From Phallusia mammillata (lineage: Eukaryota): 64,000 nt of DNA. Positions 25,418 to 39,147 of this stretch are shown piece by piece. Made by a program: the position numbers and the translations under genes. The notes under the pieces are model-generated. The model ran no database searches. It was not told the DNA's origin and saw only the letters and a program-made list of their open reading frames with translations. The stretch spans positions 24,242,001-24,306,000 of the forward strand of contig OZ281494.1 in the NCBI GenBank assembly GCA_965637545.1, in the 5' to 3' direction. Position 1 is the first letter of the stretch. The number at the start of each line of letters is the position of its first letter.

Positions 25418-25776
25418 GTAAGAAAATAAACTGTTGAAAATTTGTTTATACTTTTTTGTGATTCAATACAGTAAATAAAGTAAACTGCCCTTTTTCTCAA
25501 CCAAATACAGTTCATGAACTATTCCTGACAACAACAGTATATCCAGGGGGAAAAAGTTTTGATTAAAAATGCAGATTTGTCCTTCATGCAAATAAGCATT
25601 CCAAGTCGTGAGCTTTAAATGATTAAAAAATAAATCGAAAATGTTCAAACTGCTATTAAATTTTATTACTCTTAAAGCAGATTAAAATGCCTACGGCTAT
25701 GTGTTTGTTGCATTATAATGTTATGAGATTGCAGAAATGCTCATTTAGCAATTAAAATTCTGCGTTTGGCTGTGGT

Positions 25777-28700
25777 ATGAAGGTCGTATGGTTGATAATT
25801 ACATTTGCATCAGTGCTGTTTGCTGCAAACACAGGTAAGTACGTGTTTTTTGTTTGCTCGTTCAGGGAGTAATGCACTTTGAAAAGCAAAAAAAGATTTT
25901 TCTGTTCTTGATAATTGTCACCGGTGTATACGTTCATTTTGTTGAAAACCATTTGTGTGAATTAAATATTTTATGTTACGATTAAACAGCTGACAATGCG
26001 GATGTTTAAGTGCATATTTTTGTAATTTGTGAATTACCATTGAGAACACTTGATGTGGAGATATCGTAAATCTTAAAAATTGAAAATTTTGACTGTAATT
26101 TCCCTAAACTGTATATACCATGGTCTCCTGGCACATTTTGCTTATCTACAGTTCTACACAAACAAAGATAAGCTTTTTACTATCAACTCTTGTGAAAGCA
26201 TTCATATTACAAATGTGTAACTTTATAAGTTATAGGCTTACCGTTTGGAGTGTGTCCACGGGATGAGATTTTCAAATTCCCATGTGGAAAATGTGACCGA
26301 CCATGCAGCAAAACGGCAACATTCAGGATTCGTTTGTGTCACCTGCTATGTGTGCCAGGGTGCCGCTGCAAAAGAGGACATTGTCGGAACAGCATGAATC
26401 GTTGTGTATCTGCCTCCACCACTACCACTTCTGCTGTCACATCTACAACCACAACACCGCCAGGTTATGGTTAATTTGCAAGATTTCTGGCTTCTCGTTA
26501 ATGCGCTTATCAATTTCTTGGAGTTCTAGTTTTTAGCTTACCTCACTTAGTTTAGGCCAAACATGATCCCAAACAAACTAAATAATTGCTGTTCTGGCAA
26601 TTGTGATTCTTTAACGGACGTTTTGACGTCGTATTTAGCCTTCATCGGGACAATCGAGGCGACCAGAATAGGACGTTAAAAGCTAAAACGTCCGTTAAAA
26701 ACAAATTTGCCAGAAGAGCATTGTTTAATTTATGTGTTACGCCTGGCAGAAACAGGTTTTTCAAATAATGTGGAATGAAACCAAAACAATTTACGGACAA
26801 GAAATTAAAAAAAAAAATACAACGTGAAAAACCGGCATTTAAAAATTATGACCCTCTTTTATTTTGAAGTTTGTGGTAGTAACGTAGAATAGTATCCGCC
26901 TGGAAGGTGCGAGAATAGCTGCACAAGTTGTGCGTCGCTCACCTAACCTTCACCTATAATCTGCACTGCAGTTTGCCTAAATGGACGTCTGTGTAAGCGT
27001 AGATATTGCAGGGACGAAAAATACTTTTTTCCTACTGCGTCGAGTAAGTAGAAAAACATAAGGATAAACTAGAAGGGTGGCTTAGCACATATTGCCCTTG
27101 CATATACACTATAACCTATTTGAAAAAAATAATATATTCCCTACACTTATTTTATATTGGGTCCCATATCACACACTGTCTTTTGTAACATTAGTTGTTT
27201 CTGCAGGCAGAAACTCATGGGTCCCCACACATCCAAAGTTGTAAATAATGCATTTCAAGAAATAACCATGTGAAAGTTTGGTATTGTAAGGTCAAATACA
27301 ATGATTGGTACTGAGCATAAACAAACATGCTATGTGGAGTACAAACTATCTAAATTTTCTTCCATTTGGGTATTTTTAAAGGTTTTTCTATTGTATGTTC
27401 TATCTGAAAAATGAAGGGGTAAATAGCGAAAAATTAGACTAAAACACAACAATCAGCTGCTATTATTGGAAAATGGCACAAGCTGTCCTAATTTCATTCA
27501 ATTCAGACTTTGTTAAAAAAATTCACCCATTGGGGGCTAGTGGGGTAAATGTTGGGGCTACAGGTTGGAAAACAACAATCAACAACCATAGATAGCACCC
27601 ACTGCAAGCTGCCCAAGTTTTATTCAATTCAGACATTCTGCAAAAACATCCACCAAGCAACCCACAAACACTAGGAATGAATATATGGTTGCCTTTATAA
27701 CATCACACAAAACTAACGTTTGTGGTGCGCACAAACCACATTTTACATTTTTGGGGCTAGCGGGGTAAATACTGGGGTTATCATGACAAACAAAGCAGAT
27801 GGCACATCTACATAACTATATCTACCATCTGTGAAAGTTTCATCCAAATCCATCAAACATTTCAGGGCAAAAAGGGGTGGACAAACTTCAGGGAAGAAAA
27901 AAAAAAAAAAAGAAAAAAAAAAGAAAAAAGAAAAAAAGAAATCGAGTAAAATCAAGATGTGTCCCCTTCAAGGAAGGGGACCCATAATTATCTTACTTAT
28001 AGGTTGCGCCAATAAGGTCTTTGCCGAAACGCAACATGCTCCGATGAGTCAGAATTTATGGTTACTTTCCTTCCTACCCTTTTTTTGCATTGTTTTACAG
28101 AATGTGGAAGTAACGAAGTATACGACCCGCAAAAAAGTTGTAAACGCGGCTGTACAAGTTGTGCTTCTCTCAGGCAACCTCCACCAAGAAACTGTCCAGA
28201 AATTTGTTTAAGCGGATGTCTATGTAAAGCAGGATATTGTAGAAACAAAAACAACTCATGTGTTCTTATTGTGCCGGGTAAGTTTTTCAAAAAACATCTG
28301 TATAGCCATGGGTGCCGGCAGAGATTTTTTCCAGGTGGGGTCAAATTTTGACAAAATCGGACTTGAAGGCATAGATTACTATATCAAGTAATTATGTACG
28401 CATGGCATAAAATATATACAGTAAAATTGCGTCAACGATAAAAAACCGCACAGACGCGCAACTATGAACCATTTTGCCCGTTTTAACAACATACAAACGG
28501 CAGAGGCAATGGTAACAACACCAGATACGGAAACAATGTAGACATCGTGTTTAGACAGTTTCCATTCTTAGAGCATTATTGTTTTTCAGTCATCAAGTTT
28601 TTCAAAAAAATGTTGTAACTTTGCAAAACTTTTAAATTCCAGGAGGGGGCAAGTGCCCCCTCTTGCCCCTACGTGCTGGCGCCCATGAGTATAGCATATT

Positions 28701-31354
28701 TTTATGACTTAAGCCTTGGTCAGGAAATGGTCTTATCTTAAATTGTTTGAGACATCGCAAGTTTAATTGGTTTAACACTGTTCGTGAATTCATTGTATTA
28801 AATTTAAAAAAAAATTGTGTCATTTATGTCTTTGCTTTGCAGTGTGTGGAAAAAACGAAGTATATTATCATCCCAAAAAGTGTCAAAGTGGCTGTACAAG
28901 TTGTACGTCCCTCACTCAGCCTTCACCGATAGTTTGTTCAGAAGTTTGTCTCACAGGATGTCTTTGTGAACCGGGGTATTGCAGAGACCAAAATCGCAGA
29001 TGTGTTCCTTTTGTGCCAAGTAAGTGCAAAAATCGCTGTTAAGTCGGGTCGGGCTTCAGTTTCAATAAACCGGGCTTGAGTCGAACTATTTGTTCACTAG
29101 ACCACATCTGTGTCGTAAATTTTCATTATATTTACTTATGCCAAACAACCCCAAAACGTCTTATTTAAGTCATTGTCTACTATTGTCCATATGTGCATGT
29201 TTGTATACTTGAACGCCTTGAAGCGTAATGTTCTTCAGGTAATTTAGTGCTGCAAATTATAAGAGAGGTGTTTTGAAACCAATTGAGACAATACAACTGT
29301 TTGGCGACGATTTTATGTACAAGTACAAAACTTGAGGGACACAAATCAAAACTTTCTATATTTTGTAGAATGCGGAAGTAACGAGGAATATTTTGCCCCA
29401 GAAAGTTGCAAACGCGGTTGTACAAGTTGTGCTTCTCTCAGGCAACCTTCAAAAAGAGTTTGCCAAGAAACTTGTTTGAGGGGATGTTTATGTAAAGCAG
29501 GATTTTGTAGGAACGAAAACAACTCATGTGTTCCTATTGCGCCGGGTAAGTGTTTCAAACAACGCGTGAAAAATATCATATATTTCTTTGTGACTAAGAC
29601 CAAGTCAGAAGCCTTGCTCGAGTCAAGTCAAGACAAGTCTTTTTTAGTTGTCTCTTAACTCAAGTCATGTCCTTTCAAAACCAGGTAAATACAAGATCGC
29701 CAGCAGGCATGCGAGAAATGGCAGACGTTTGTGCCGCATTTCCGGATGTTTCGAATTGTTTTATGTTCGAGATGTTTCGAGATGTTTTTGTTTACAATGC
29801 TCAAGTCGAGATCAATCTTCCGCTAGTATTAAATGGGTGCTGTTTGAACCCTATGGGGAATTATTGTAAAGCAGAATGGCATATTAGGTATTCGCAGTTA
29901 AATCCACATCAATTATATTTCACCCATTAAGTACCTGACCTTTAGGAGTCACAAACACATATTTATAAATCGACTCACCAATCCTTTACAAACGCCTTTC
30001 CAATACAACCGACGCAGCACCGTGCTCCACGAAAGTCAGCAACGAAAAGAACTAAACCACGTTGCGTTATCACACAAAACTGGCAGTTGGTTGTTACGTC
30101 ACACAACATAATAGATTGCAACATACGTTGGATTGAGGTAAAGCGGGAATCAATAGAAACCAGCAGTTACTGGCAAATAAGATGTAACAATAGGATTTTA
30201 TATTACCAAAACCGTTTGTTGGTGGTTTAATACGGACATACTATACTTACAGTTTACGTGATGCAAACATTTTTCTTGATATTGAAAATAACGAGGTGTA
30301 TTTTTCGCTCGAAAGTTGTGGAAATGACTGTACAATGTCCCTAAGACAAACTCCACCAAGGGTCTGCTCGGAAGTTTGTTCGTCTGGATTCTATTGCAGA
30401 GACAAAAATATAGTAGATGGGTTCCTTTTGTGGCCGGTAAATACAATTTGGCCGTTTTGGTACAAAGTTTTGAGTCAAGTGAAATCTTTTGCAGTCATTG
30501 ACTGAACGCATGCATGTCTTGCATTTGGTCCAGTGCTAAGTCCGTAAAACTAGAAAAGGTTCCAGTAAGCTCCCCCGTCTTTAGGCCGGAAATAGCAAAA
30601 TAGTATTGCAGTGATATCTAGCAAACACGAGGAAAGATAGTGGTTTATTTAGCAAAAAAAAGGAAGCCGTTTTCTGTAAATCGGTAAAAACCTGCATTAT
30701 TTGCAGAAGATTTTAATAATTACTCGCAAATTAACAATTTTATGTGTAGTCAATATATAATACTTTTTTTGTAGAATGTGAAAGTAATAAGGAACACTTG
30801 ACTCCAGAAAGGTATGATTTATACTTTTACACTTGCAGAGTGTGAAAGAAACGAAGTATATTTTCCACCGGAAGATTGTCAGAGCGGTTGTACAAGTTGT
30901 ACGTCGTTAAGACAACCCCCACCAAGACTCTGCTCCGAAAAGTGTTCGAGCGGATGTCTTTGCAAACTAGGATATTGCAGGAACAAAAACAACAAATGCG
31001 TTTCAATAGGCCCAGGTAAACGACTTTAAAAGCCTAAAATTTTTTTTGTATATTACGCGAATTTTATCTTTCTCGTTTGGCCAGATTTCATTGCCTCTCA
31101 CTCTCATACCGATACAAATATGGATCATTGATTATGTTGTAAATCTTTTCATTTTTGCTTGTTGTTTTGCAGTTTGCCCACAGAACGAAGTTTTCAAACT
31201 TCCCTGCGCCCAGTGCGATTCTTCCTGCAGCGATATAGCGACAAATAGTGCCCAAATTTGCCCTTTTGTATGCACTACTGGTTGTCGCTGTGTTGAAGGG
31301 TATTGCCGAAACAAGCTAAATCAATGTGTCTCAATCGGACAATCACTACCTTAA
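25777..31354 (+). CDS. Secreted multi-TIL protein 1 (~391 aa, 6 domains); exons 25777-25834, 26236-26463, 28101-28277, 28843-29019, 29369-29545, 30839-31015, 31173-31354
   Basis: Signal MKVVWLIITFASVLFAANT, then one 10-Cys domain per phase-1/1 exon (e.g. CGSNEVYDPQKSCKRGCTSCASLRQPPPRNCPEICLSGCLCKAGYCRNKNNSCV); the last exon ends QCVSIGQSLP*. Individual exons are secure; their linkage is inferred, and the donor at 26464 (gttatg) is weak. Confidence 0.72.
26587..26720. mobile_element. Short foldback/MITE-like element
   Basis: Inverted arms TGCTGTTCTGGCAA...TTTAACGGACGTTTT / AAAACGTCCGTTAAA...TTGCCAGAAGAGCA; a related fragment lies at ~38790-38870. Confidence 0.5.
26870..27043 (+). pseudogene. 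TIL pseudo-exon (B type)
   Basis: CGSNVE*YPPGRCENSCTSCASLT*PSPIICTAVCLNGRLCKRRYCRD; two in-frame stops, splice sites retained (gaag/gtaagt). Confidence 0.8.
27067..27990 (+). mobile_element. Helitron/Helentron-like non-autonomous element (intronic)
   Basis: Starts AACTAGAAGGG; A-rich tract at 27892-27945; perfect 9-bp subterminal hairpin GTCCCCTTC-aag-GAAGGGGAC (27961-27981) followed by CCATAAT. Confidence 0.55.
28307..28687. mobile_element. hAT-type MITE
   Basis: TIR CATGGGTGCCGGCA/TGCTGGCGCCCATG (12/14); TSD TGTATAGC/AGTATAGC (7/8). Confidence 0.8.
29940..30180. repeat. Interspersed repeat; inverted copy at ~59270-59450
   Basis: CAACCGACGCAGCACCGTGCTCCACG...GTTGCGTTATCACACAAAACTGGCAGT matches the reverse complement of 59290-59390. 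Confidence 0.75.
30280..30436 (+). pseudogene. Degenerate TIL pseudo-exon (B type); a second 5' stub lies at 30776-30811
   Basis: NNEVYFSLESCGNDCTMSLRQTPPRVCSEVCSSGFYCRDKN with internal deletions removing several Cys; stub ECESNKEHLTPE|gtatga. Confidence 0.7.
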
Positions 31355-32446
31355 TCATCGTCAGCTACATAAAAGCTGAAACATATCAACAAAAAATACA
31401 TTATCAACTAAGTCAGGGGTTTTCAAACTCGGCTCTCTTGAGTTGCATGAAAGGTGGGGGTTTAGCACAATCTGGCTGCAAAGTATTTATTTGCAAGCAA
31501 TTGTAAATAAATGCATTGGAATCATGTCGGCGCTGATTTCGAACTTATTGTTCTGATAACGCCTATGCTCCGTTGCGCCACCTCTCAGACCGGGCCTTAG
31601 CCTATGCTCAGTGTTAGTAGCTCTACCGTCTTGTTATACTATAGTCGCCCGTAAATTTTATTTCACGATGTGTTTATCATGTTTATTTCACGATGTGTTT
31701 ATCATGTTTTTCACTTTAATTCCGCTTCACACCTTTTTGTTACATTCACGTTTATCTTTTAACTGTTCGATTGCTTTTCAGTGCATTGTTTTCAATTATA
31801 CGGGAATATAACCCACGGCACACCTTGTGTTCACTGCACCTTGCTTTAACTCCTCCCTTGCCGTTGCCTTTCGCAGCATTCCGGCTACAATCTCAGGTGT
31901 TATGTACATTCTAAAGTAAGCCGCTAGGGCGATGATAATTGACCGGTTCGTATCGACCATGTGACTTGTTGGTTTCCTTGTTTCTTTTACTAGTTTCGTC
32001 GCGATCCCTTTTTCGAGTGTTTTCCAGTCCTTTTGCGGGCCACGTGTTGTTACGAGGAGTTCTTCCCCGGCTGTCGTACTGTTGAGTTGTGTTCATTTTT
32101 GTGCAGCGCAGTGACTTTGCCAATATTGCAGAGCTTGTTTTATATAGTGTTTTAAATAAAGACAGCAGTGCTCGAACGCGTCTAAACTAGGGTTTTTCGT
32201 GGCTAGCCGTTAGTGTAGTGTTCGAAGGCTTTTGGCAACCATTAAATTGGGCGCCACACTTAAACTTTCATTTTCGCCAATACGAAACATCATAAAATAA
32301 CCAATGTTGTATCTATAAAATACGAGCCACGTTGTCTGTAAAGTATTACTAGTTTAGTAACCTTCCGCTTGGTGAAGTGATTATGGTTTTACAATGGCTC
32401 GTGGCCGAATGTTCGGTTTCGGCCCGAAGTACTTTCGGTGTATCAC

Positions 32447-33370
32447 TATGCTTTGTGGCTACAATGGCTTCAGTGCTCTTATGTGTTAACGCAGGTACGG
32501 ACAAGAAAAATATCGAACACCTTGATGTTTTAAAAACGTGAAAGTGTAATGTAAATTAAAAATTTAGTATACCTTGAATGTATGTAAAAATACGATTTTT
32601 TTGTTGGCGTTTGTGCTTTTCAAATTGGTGCTGGAAGTGCGCAAAAAGCAAGACACATCATGCACATTTACTATTAAATGTTCTTGGTCTTTCGATCATT
32701 TTTTGCACTTAAAACTAGTTAGCAAATACCGTATTATTATTTTTTTATCATTTACGCGTAAAAGAGCACATCGAACAAAAACAATAGCCTGAAGCAGAAA
32801 CAGAAAATTTCCCAAATTTTGAAAGCCTTGAACCGTGGTTTAAACACAAATTAAGAACCAAAAATTATGACTTGTTTTTTTCTCTGACGCATATTGCCGG
32901 CAGCTGTTTGTGACGTAGCGTTCCTCGAAATATTTATGACTTCTCTGTTGGTTTCGAGAGAGAAACACGCGTCTTGGGTGTAAAAAAGTTAGGAGAAATT
33001 TAACTTTTTAAGCAGGAAAACAATTTTTTTGATATTGAAAAAAAAAAAACTTTAACATGTACAACTAATATAAGGGTTCAAATATAACTTAAACCAAGAT
33101 GTCTGGACCTAATGTTATTTAATGAATATTATATGTAGCTTGACTTAGCGGTTTGTCTGGATGGGTGTCTTTGTAAACCTGGATAATGTAGAAATAACAA
33201 TAGCAGAAGTGTCCCATTAATTCCAAATAAGAATGGTATAGGATCGTCCAAATTTGCTTTTTCAAAACTTTTTTTTCCACTTTGCTAATGAACGCATGGA
33301 TTTTTCCACCGAACAAGTTTTTCTCCATTTCCTGCGCTCAATGCGACCACTCAAGAAGTAGCTGCAGCGC
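32447..33370 (+). pseudogene. Decayed multi-TIL gene copy: 5'-truncated signal exon (32447-32494), B fragment (~33147-33228), A fragment (~33305-33350)
   Basis: ...CFVATMASVLLCVNA|gtacgg, lacking the ATG AAG start; AVCLDGCLCKPG*CRNNNSRSVPLIP; PPNKFFSISCAQCDHS. Homologous to the gene at 40223-44534. Confidence 0.7.
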
Positions 33371-34036
33371 GTTTAATCATGATCCACCAAATGTGTCATT
33401 TACTTTCGTGCGCCCCATAACGCCTTAACGTTGTGCAGCTATTTTCGGCTTGGTGATTGTTCAGTGCAATTGTGTCGCTATGTGTTCTTTTACCAAAAAA
33501 AAAACTCAACTCGTCTCCCTCTTTGAACCTAACACATTCGCAAAAAATACAAAAAACAGTTACACTCTTATGCCTTTGTCACTTTTCCGAAAGCATACTC
33601 TATCGAACGTATGGGTTTTTAAACTTATGTATGTTCATTTTTCGGTTATGAATGTTCATTTATTATTTCGGTGTTTTAGGAAGTGTCTGATAACGCAGAT
33701 AAAAAAAACGCCAAACATAACAAAAAAATAACTAAAAAACTATTTTTTTTTTGGCGTATGACGTGATGCCAATCACGAGGATTGCGAGAGTTATTTAGTG
33801 TAAAAGTTTCATTTTAAGGTGAAATGATGTAATTTTCCATTCCCCGAGGTACGGTATGGACACGATCATCATAAAGATAGCAGTGGGAAACTTTGCCTCA
33901 TAACCCATGTTAAGTTTACAGTCGTTTCATATTTTTTCAACCTAAAGTGATTTGCCTGCGGCTAAGTACACCAGTGAATTTATATCGTCGAAATGACTCA
34001 TTAACGATCATTTAGGTACTAAAAATCGGCTTCGAT

Positions 34037-37000
34037 ATGAAGGTCATATGCTTTGTGGTTGCATTGGCTTCAGTGCTGTTATGTGTGAACGCAGGTAAGG
34101 GGATAAAAAATATTAAATAATGTCAACTTTTGAAACAAATTATTTGCTGTAGGAGGTTTGGGCTGCCTGAAACAATTAACCTTGTATGTAACTAGTTACA
34201 GTAATCAACTAAGTCTAATATGCGTTTTATTTGTAAATTTCCACTCAATAATTTATAAAACTTTCAGTAAAAATAAAAACTATTTTTGGAAGCTTTTTAC
34301 CTTTATAAAAGTACTTTTTAAATGGTATTAACTCCTGAGTGGATTGATTAAATTGTATAAATATATAACCCGCATATGAAATTGGTTTTTGTGCCCGGTT
34401 AATTTTAAACTGTCAATTTTATTTTTTTCGTTTTTTCTACTTTTGGAGTCAATGAGTCAATTGCATTCCAGTCTATACTTAATTCCTATTACAATTGTTA
34501 TGTTTCTATTTTTAGACATTTCCACACAATTTTGTCGACCAAACGAGTTTCTCTCCTTTTCCTGCGCTCAATGCGACGAACCATGTAGTGACATTGCACC
34601 TGGCACCACGAGTTTGTGTCCATCGATATGTGCGCCAGGGTGTCGCTGCAATAAAGGATACTGTCGAAATAGTGTGAATCAATGTGTGCCTATCGCACCA
34701 ATTCCAACCCCAATCGTATTCACGCCTCCTCCTGGGCCACCACCAGGTACAAGTTCAGCATGATTTGATTCGGTTAAGTCCCTATAGCAATTAGGCCAGA
34801 TTATCCACTACTAAAGCGGGCATTTTATAGCAGTTATTTAAGTTCAACCATTGAAAAGTGTCAAACCCGACATTACCACGGTTTCGATGCCTTTAATTCT
34901 TAACAATGCATTATTTGTGTCTATGCGAGGTCATTTCTGTTAAGTTGATTTAAATTGTTTGCTTGCCCATGTCTTATGCTTTTTCAATGACGGTTTTGTC
35001 TAGTCATATAATGTATACCCATGATAAAATTGTACATTAGTTCTCAAAAATATGCAAATATATATTGTTAACCTGTATACGCTCCTCATCTGCAACCCTG
35101 TTAAAGAAATATCTTAAAGAAATGACAATTCACTCAATTTAAGAAAATAGGAGTGACTTAAAGAAACTTGATTGGTCAGCAAAAACACAACGAGCCACCG
35201 CCCAGATTATCTGCATTAAAACGTTGCGTGTTAACCTGATGGTTGTATCGACCGCTGGCACGATACGTAAAATTTTCCATTACCGCATACATTTTTCAGT
35301 TTACCTTCAAAATGAAATTTTGAATAAAGCGCTGTAAGGCCATTTAAAACCTCTTCCATGACTTAAGACATTCTGAACTTTGTGACTTAAGTCACTGCCT
35401 ATTAACCAAAGTCTTACAACGCAAATCCATTGTCATTTTGGTATTTTGCGATAGATAAAATATCGTAACACTAATATTTAGTAAAGCGTTAGCATGCAGT
35501 ACCATAGGGTATTTAGTACCACCCTCAGCACACATGACAATATTAGGGCCCAAAGAAGTATCTGAGATATAATCATAGTTTTTTTTTACAAACCCCCATC
35601 TAGACCCCATTAAAGCCCTAACCGTAAGCATTTTTAAAAGTTTAATTAGTAGATAGCGTATTTTGGAGAAGCTCGTCTTATATTCTTAAACAAAGCAACG
35701 CTGTTTACAGTTTGACCCTAAAACGAGATCTTTGTATCTACCTACGCTCAATGTAATTCGTCGTTACCGAAAATGAAAAACCATTACCAACATAACTTGA
35801 AACAGTGCGTTACCCGAAATGTCCGGCGCGCTTGACTCATATACAAACTTTAGAAAATACCTTGATCGGGATTCGTTTTCGGGACTGGAGTGTCCTGGGT
35901 TCAGCGAATCGAATCGTATCGTTGATGCGCATTGTGTGACGTCACGATTTCGATTCGCTAAAGCGTAAAATTACATGGTTGCCGAACCGAATCGCATTCA
36001 AGGTTTTTAACTTTGCGCAAAAACGATATGGTGGTCATTGTAAAGTGATATACAAACATAAGGCCGGATAATTGTAATTTTAAAGTTTTTTTAGACTTTT
36101 GGTCTATTCTTCCGAAAAAATCTGAATTAATTTGTGTGCAGCAGTTGTTTGCGTCGAGTTTAGACATACCAAATGTATGAATTTGTTTATTGTGAACAGT
36201 TAAACCCTCAGGAATAGTTGGAAGAAATATTCAAAGTGTAGAGATCACTCTGACTTCATTTTCCAATAGTAATAAGTGCTGATTTCTAAGTTGTACGTAC
36301 TAAAACTGTATTACATTTCCAGGCCATGTAGCACATTAAAAAAATTCTTTATATGACTGAACAAATTTATTAAATTTGTTTCATTAGAGTCTCTTGTGGG
36401 TTATATGTATAAAAAACGACTAATTTGTATAAATTTGCACCAGTTGGACGAAAAACTCGATTAAATATGCAACTTGGTGTATGAAACGTTCGTTCAGTAT
36501 TAGCTACAAACTTCCCCGTTATTTTCGGCACCAAATTAAACAAACAACATATGGTTTCAAGTTGACGTAATTGTTCACAAAAGAGTTCTCTTACGCGTAT
36601 TGGCGCCTAAGCGTATTCAAACCACCTGTGCCGAGCGCATCGAGAATCGGAGAAGTCTAATACGCTTTGCCTTTTTTCTTTTTCGAAAACGAGAGAAATG
36701 CGTATCGAATAAGCGTATCGAATACGCTTAAACGCTCCATGTAAAGAGGCTTAACTGGCTTAGTGCCTGCAAGCATTTGGTTCAAGAAAAATTATGATTC
36801 ACAGAGGATTTCTCAGTCGACAAACAACAGCTGAATTGGTTAAAATATGTCTACATCAGCTACTAGTCGAAAGCTTTGTCTAAATTAAAATAAAATCAGG
36901 ATTTCTTTATAGTAACACAAGCAAAAAAACTAATTTTATTTATATATATTCTGGGTCAAGATGATTAAACATCTTTAAAATTATCCATAAGAACTAGACT

Positions 37001-37234
37001 GTCTGTAAAAGTCAAATGCAAACCGTTAAATGTTGGTTGAAATGTATTTCTTACTATTTATCACAGCATGTTTTTGCAGAATGTGGTCCAAACATGCAAC
37101 ATTCCGCACAATGCCGTTTGGAGTGTGTCTGTAACACACTCTACTCATGTAGTGTTCGATTTACATGTGAAAAGTGCAAATGTAAGATTGGTTACTGTCG
37201 AAGAAACGGACACTGTGTTAGAAGATACTTTTAG
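34037..37234 (+). CDS. Secreted two-domain TIL-like protein 2 (147 aa); exons 34037-34094, 34516-34746, 37080-37234
   Basis: MKVICFVVALASVLLCVNA-DISTQFCRPNEFLSFSCAQCDEPCSDIAPGTTSLCPSICAPGCRCNKGYCRNSVNQCVPIAPIPTPIVFTPPPGPPP-ECGPNMQHSAQCRLECVCNTLYSCSVRFTCEKCKCKIGYCRRNGHCVRRYF*; all introns phase 1. Confidence 0.75.
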
Positions 37235-37798
37235 TGTGGTAAGTATAATACGTATACTTCACCTAATTGTTTTCACGCTTTACATAGCGCTAATTGCTAC
37301 CTACAAGTCAACGCTATGGAAAAAGCTAGACATTATTTCTGTTTGCAGTTTCAATACTAGTCTGATTGCAGTTTCAATACCATCTAGATTTCTTGCATTT
37401 AATTGAAAATATTTTTTACCACCAGTATATTTCTTCTTCCATGGGGAACACTACATCCTGACATGGAAAAGTTGAATCAAGTTGCTTCCTTATCTTACTG
37501 ACCCAGAATCGGCAAACCGACAGTTAAAAAACAAACAGCTTTGACAATTTTAACTGATAAAAGTTTACTGATCCCATAAAAGTTATAAAAACTATAGTAT
37601 TTGACTATGTTTGGTATGGGGTTCTTTCGGATGGTAAACGAACACTTGATGTGTTACGTTTGTAATCAGTATTCTTGTTTTTCCATCATTGACTGGTGTA
37701 TGTTTTGCCGTAGCAGACTTACATTGAAGTGATCAAGTCGCTAGACTGACCGCAAGTTAGATTTTAAATACTTGTTTTAAAATGGTATTTTGTTTTAG

Positions 37799-37880
37799 GT
37801 CGCAATGCAAACATTTGGTAAGGATGAAGGATATTGTTTATTATTCCGCTGTTTTGAATTCTAATGTGAATAAACTAGCA
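37799..37880 (+). terminator. Putative non-coding terminal exon with polyadenylation signal (paralogous sites at 47958+ and 58498+)
   Basis: Stop is followed by TGTG|gtaagt; acceptor GTATT(T/G)TGTTTTAG|GTC and a downstream AATAAA (37869-37874; 48012-48017) are conserved in three copies. Confidence 0.5.
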
Positions 37881-39147
37881 ACTTTCGTGGTTTGATACCA
37901 TAAATTGAACTGAATGTAAAGCAACAATCAACAAGTCAGATTTTGTGGTGCAAAGTAAATGTGAACCGAAAGGGAAAAGTAAATCCCAAGCAGCATGTAT
38001 CCTGGATAAATTTGTTAATGTTTTTTTACAAAACTTTAAATGTGCATTGAATGCACTACAGTTACACTCTTGCAGTGGAAATAACAATCTGATTTAAAGG
38101 TTAATTTAAGTCAGTTGTTTATTCTGAAATAACAAGTCAGATATATCTTAAGGCGATAAATGGGCCATGCGTGCCTTAACATGTACACCACCAACTTCAA
38201 ACGATACGTCATGACCTGGAAGTTATGTCGACTGCTCAAACACAACAATGAGTAACAAAAAACCAGCTTCAGTTTCAAAATCGTTAAAGATTAGAGTTTG
38301 GTAATAATTTAGATTCAAGCAAGTCAAATAGAAAATAGAGTATATAAGTATTGGTACTCCTGGTTGCTTCAATGTGGACACAAAGATCACGTGTACATGC
38401 ATTCGTGAAGTCAAAATCTGAAAACAAATTTGCAACACAATTCTGTGCATGACAAATCGAGTCTTTTTGAGCGAGTCAATCCACTCAAATTGCGTTCTTC
38501 AAGTTGATTAAATATAAAAATCGCTGGGTATACAAGAATTATCAGTATTCTGTGCCACATTTCTTGATTAAAGTTACCAGTTTAGTTTCAATCTTGTATT
38601 GACAGTGCCTTGTTCGGATCAGATGTTTTAGTTTTCAAGGCTGAAGTTCATTTTTGTACTAGTAATAAGTGGATGTTGATTGACAGCATTTTCCAGACAA
38701 AAACAGTCTTCAGGGTATTGTAAAATCAATTTAGAAACTAGGAAGAAACTAAATGAGCTATTGCTGCCAGGCATAGTATCAAGTGTATAGAGCTCTTCTG
38801 GCAAATGTATTTTAGGAAAGAAACTAGTTAAGACAGGATCATTTTTTTATCAACAAAAAACGTCCGTTATGGTGGTTTAATACAGATTTGCTACTCAAGG
38901 TAGAGCTACTAACACCATACCTCACGACAGACCCACATTTAGCTCTTTTCCGACAGTGGAGCTGAATTATTTGTTTAGCAGCTGAAAAGGGGGTAGGGTT
39001 AGGATGTAGGTTTTTGAAAATTTTGCATTAGAAACTAAGTTCGATAGCTAGTTTTATTAAATTTTGGATGCTAATACCTTGTCTCGAAAAAAAACACCCG
39101 CAGAAGGAACGTGTGACCTATACACTGCAGATATATATACCCTTAGT

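Noticed and set aside
27743-28211. Lys-rich 126-aa and Phe-rich 70-aa ORFs
   Set aside because: Artefacts of the A-rich tract within the Helitron-like element.
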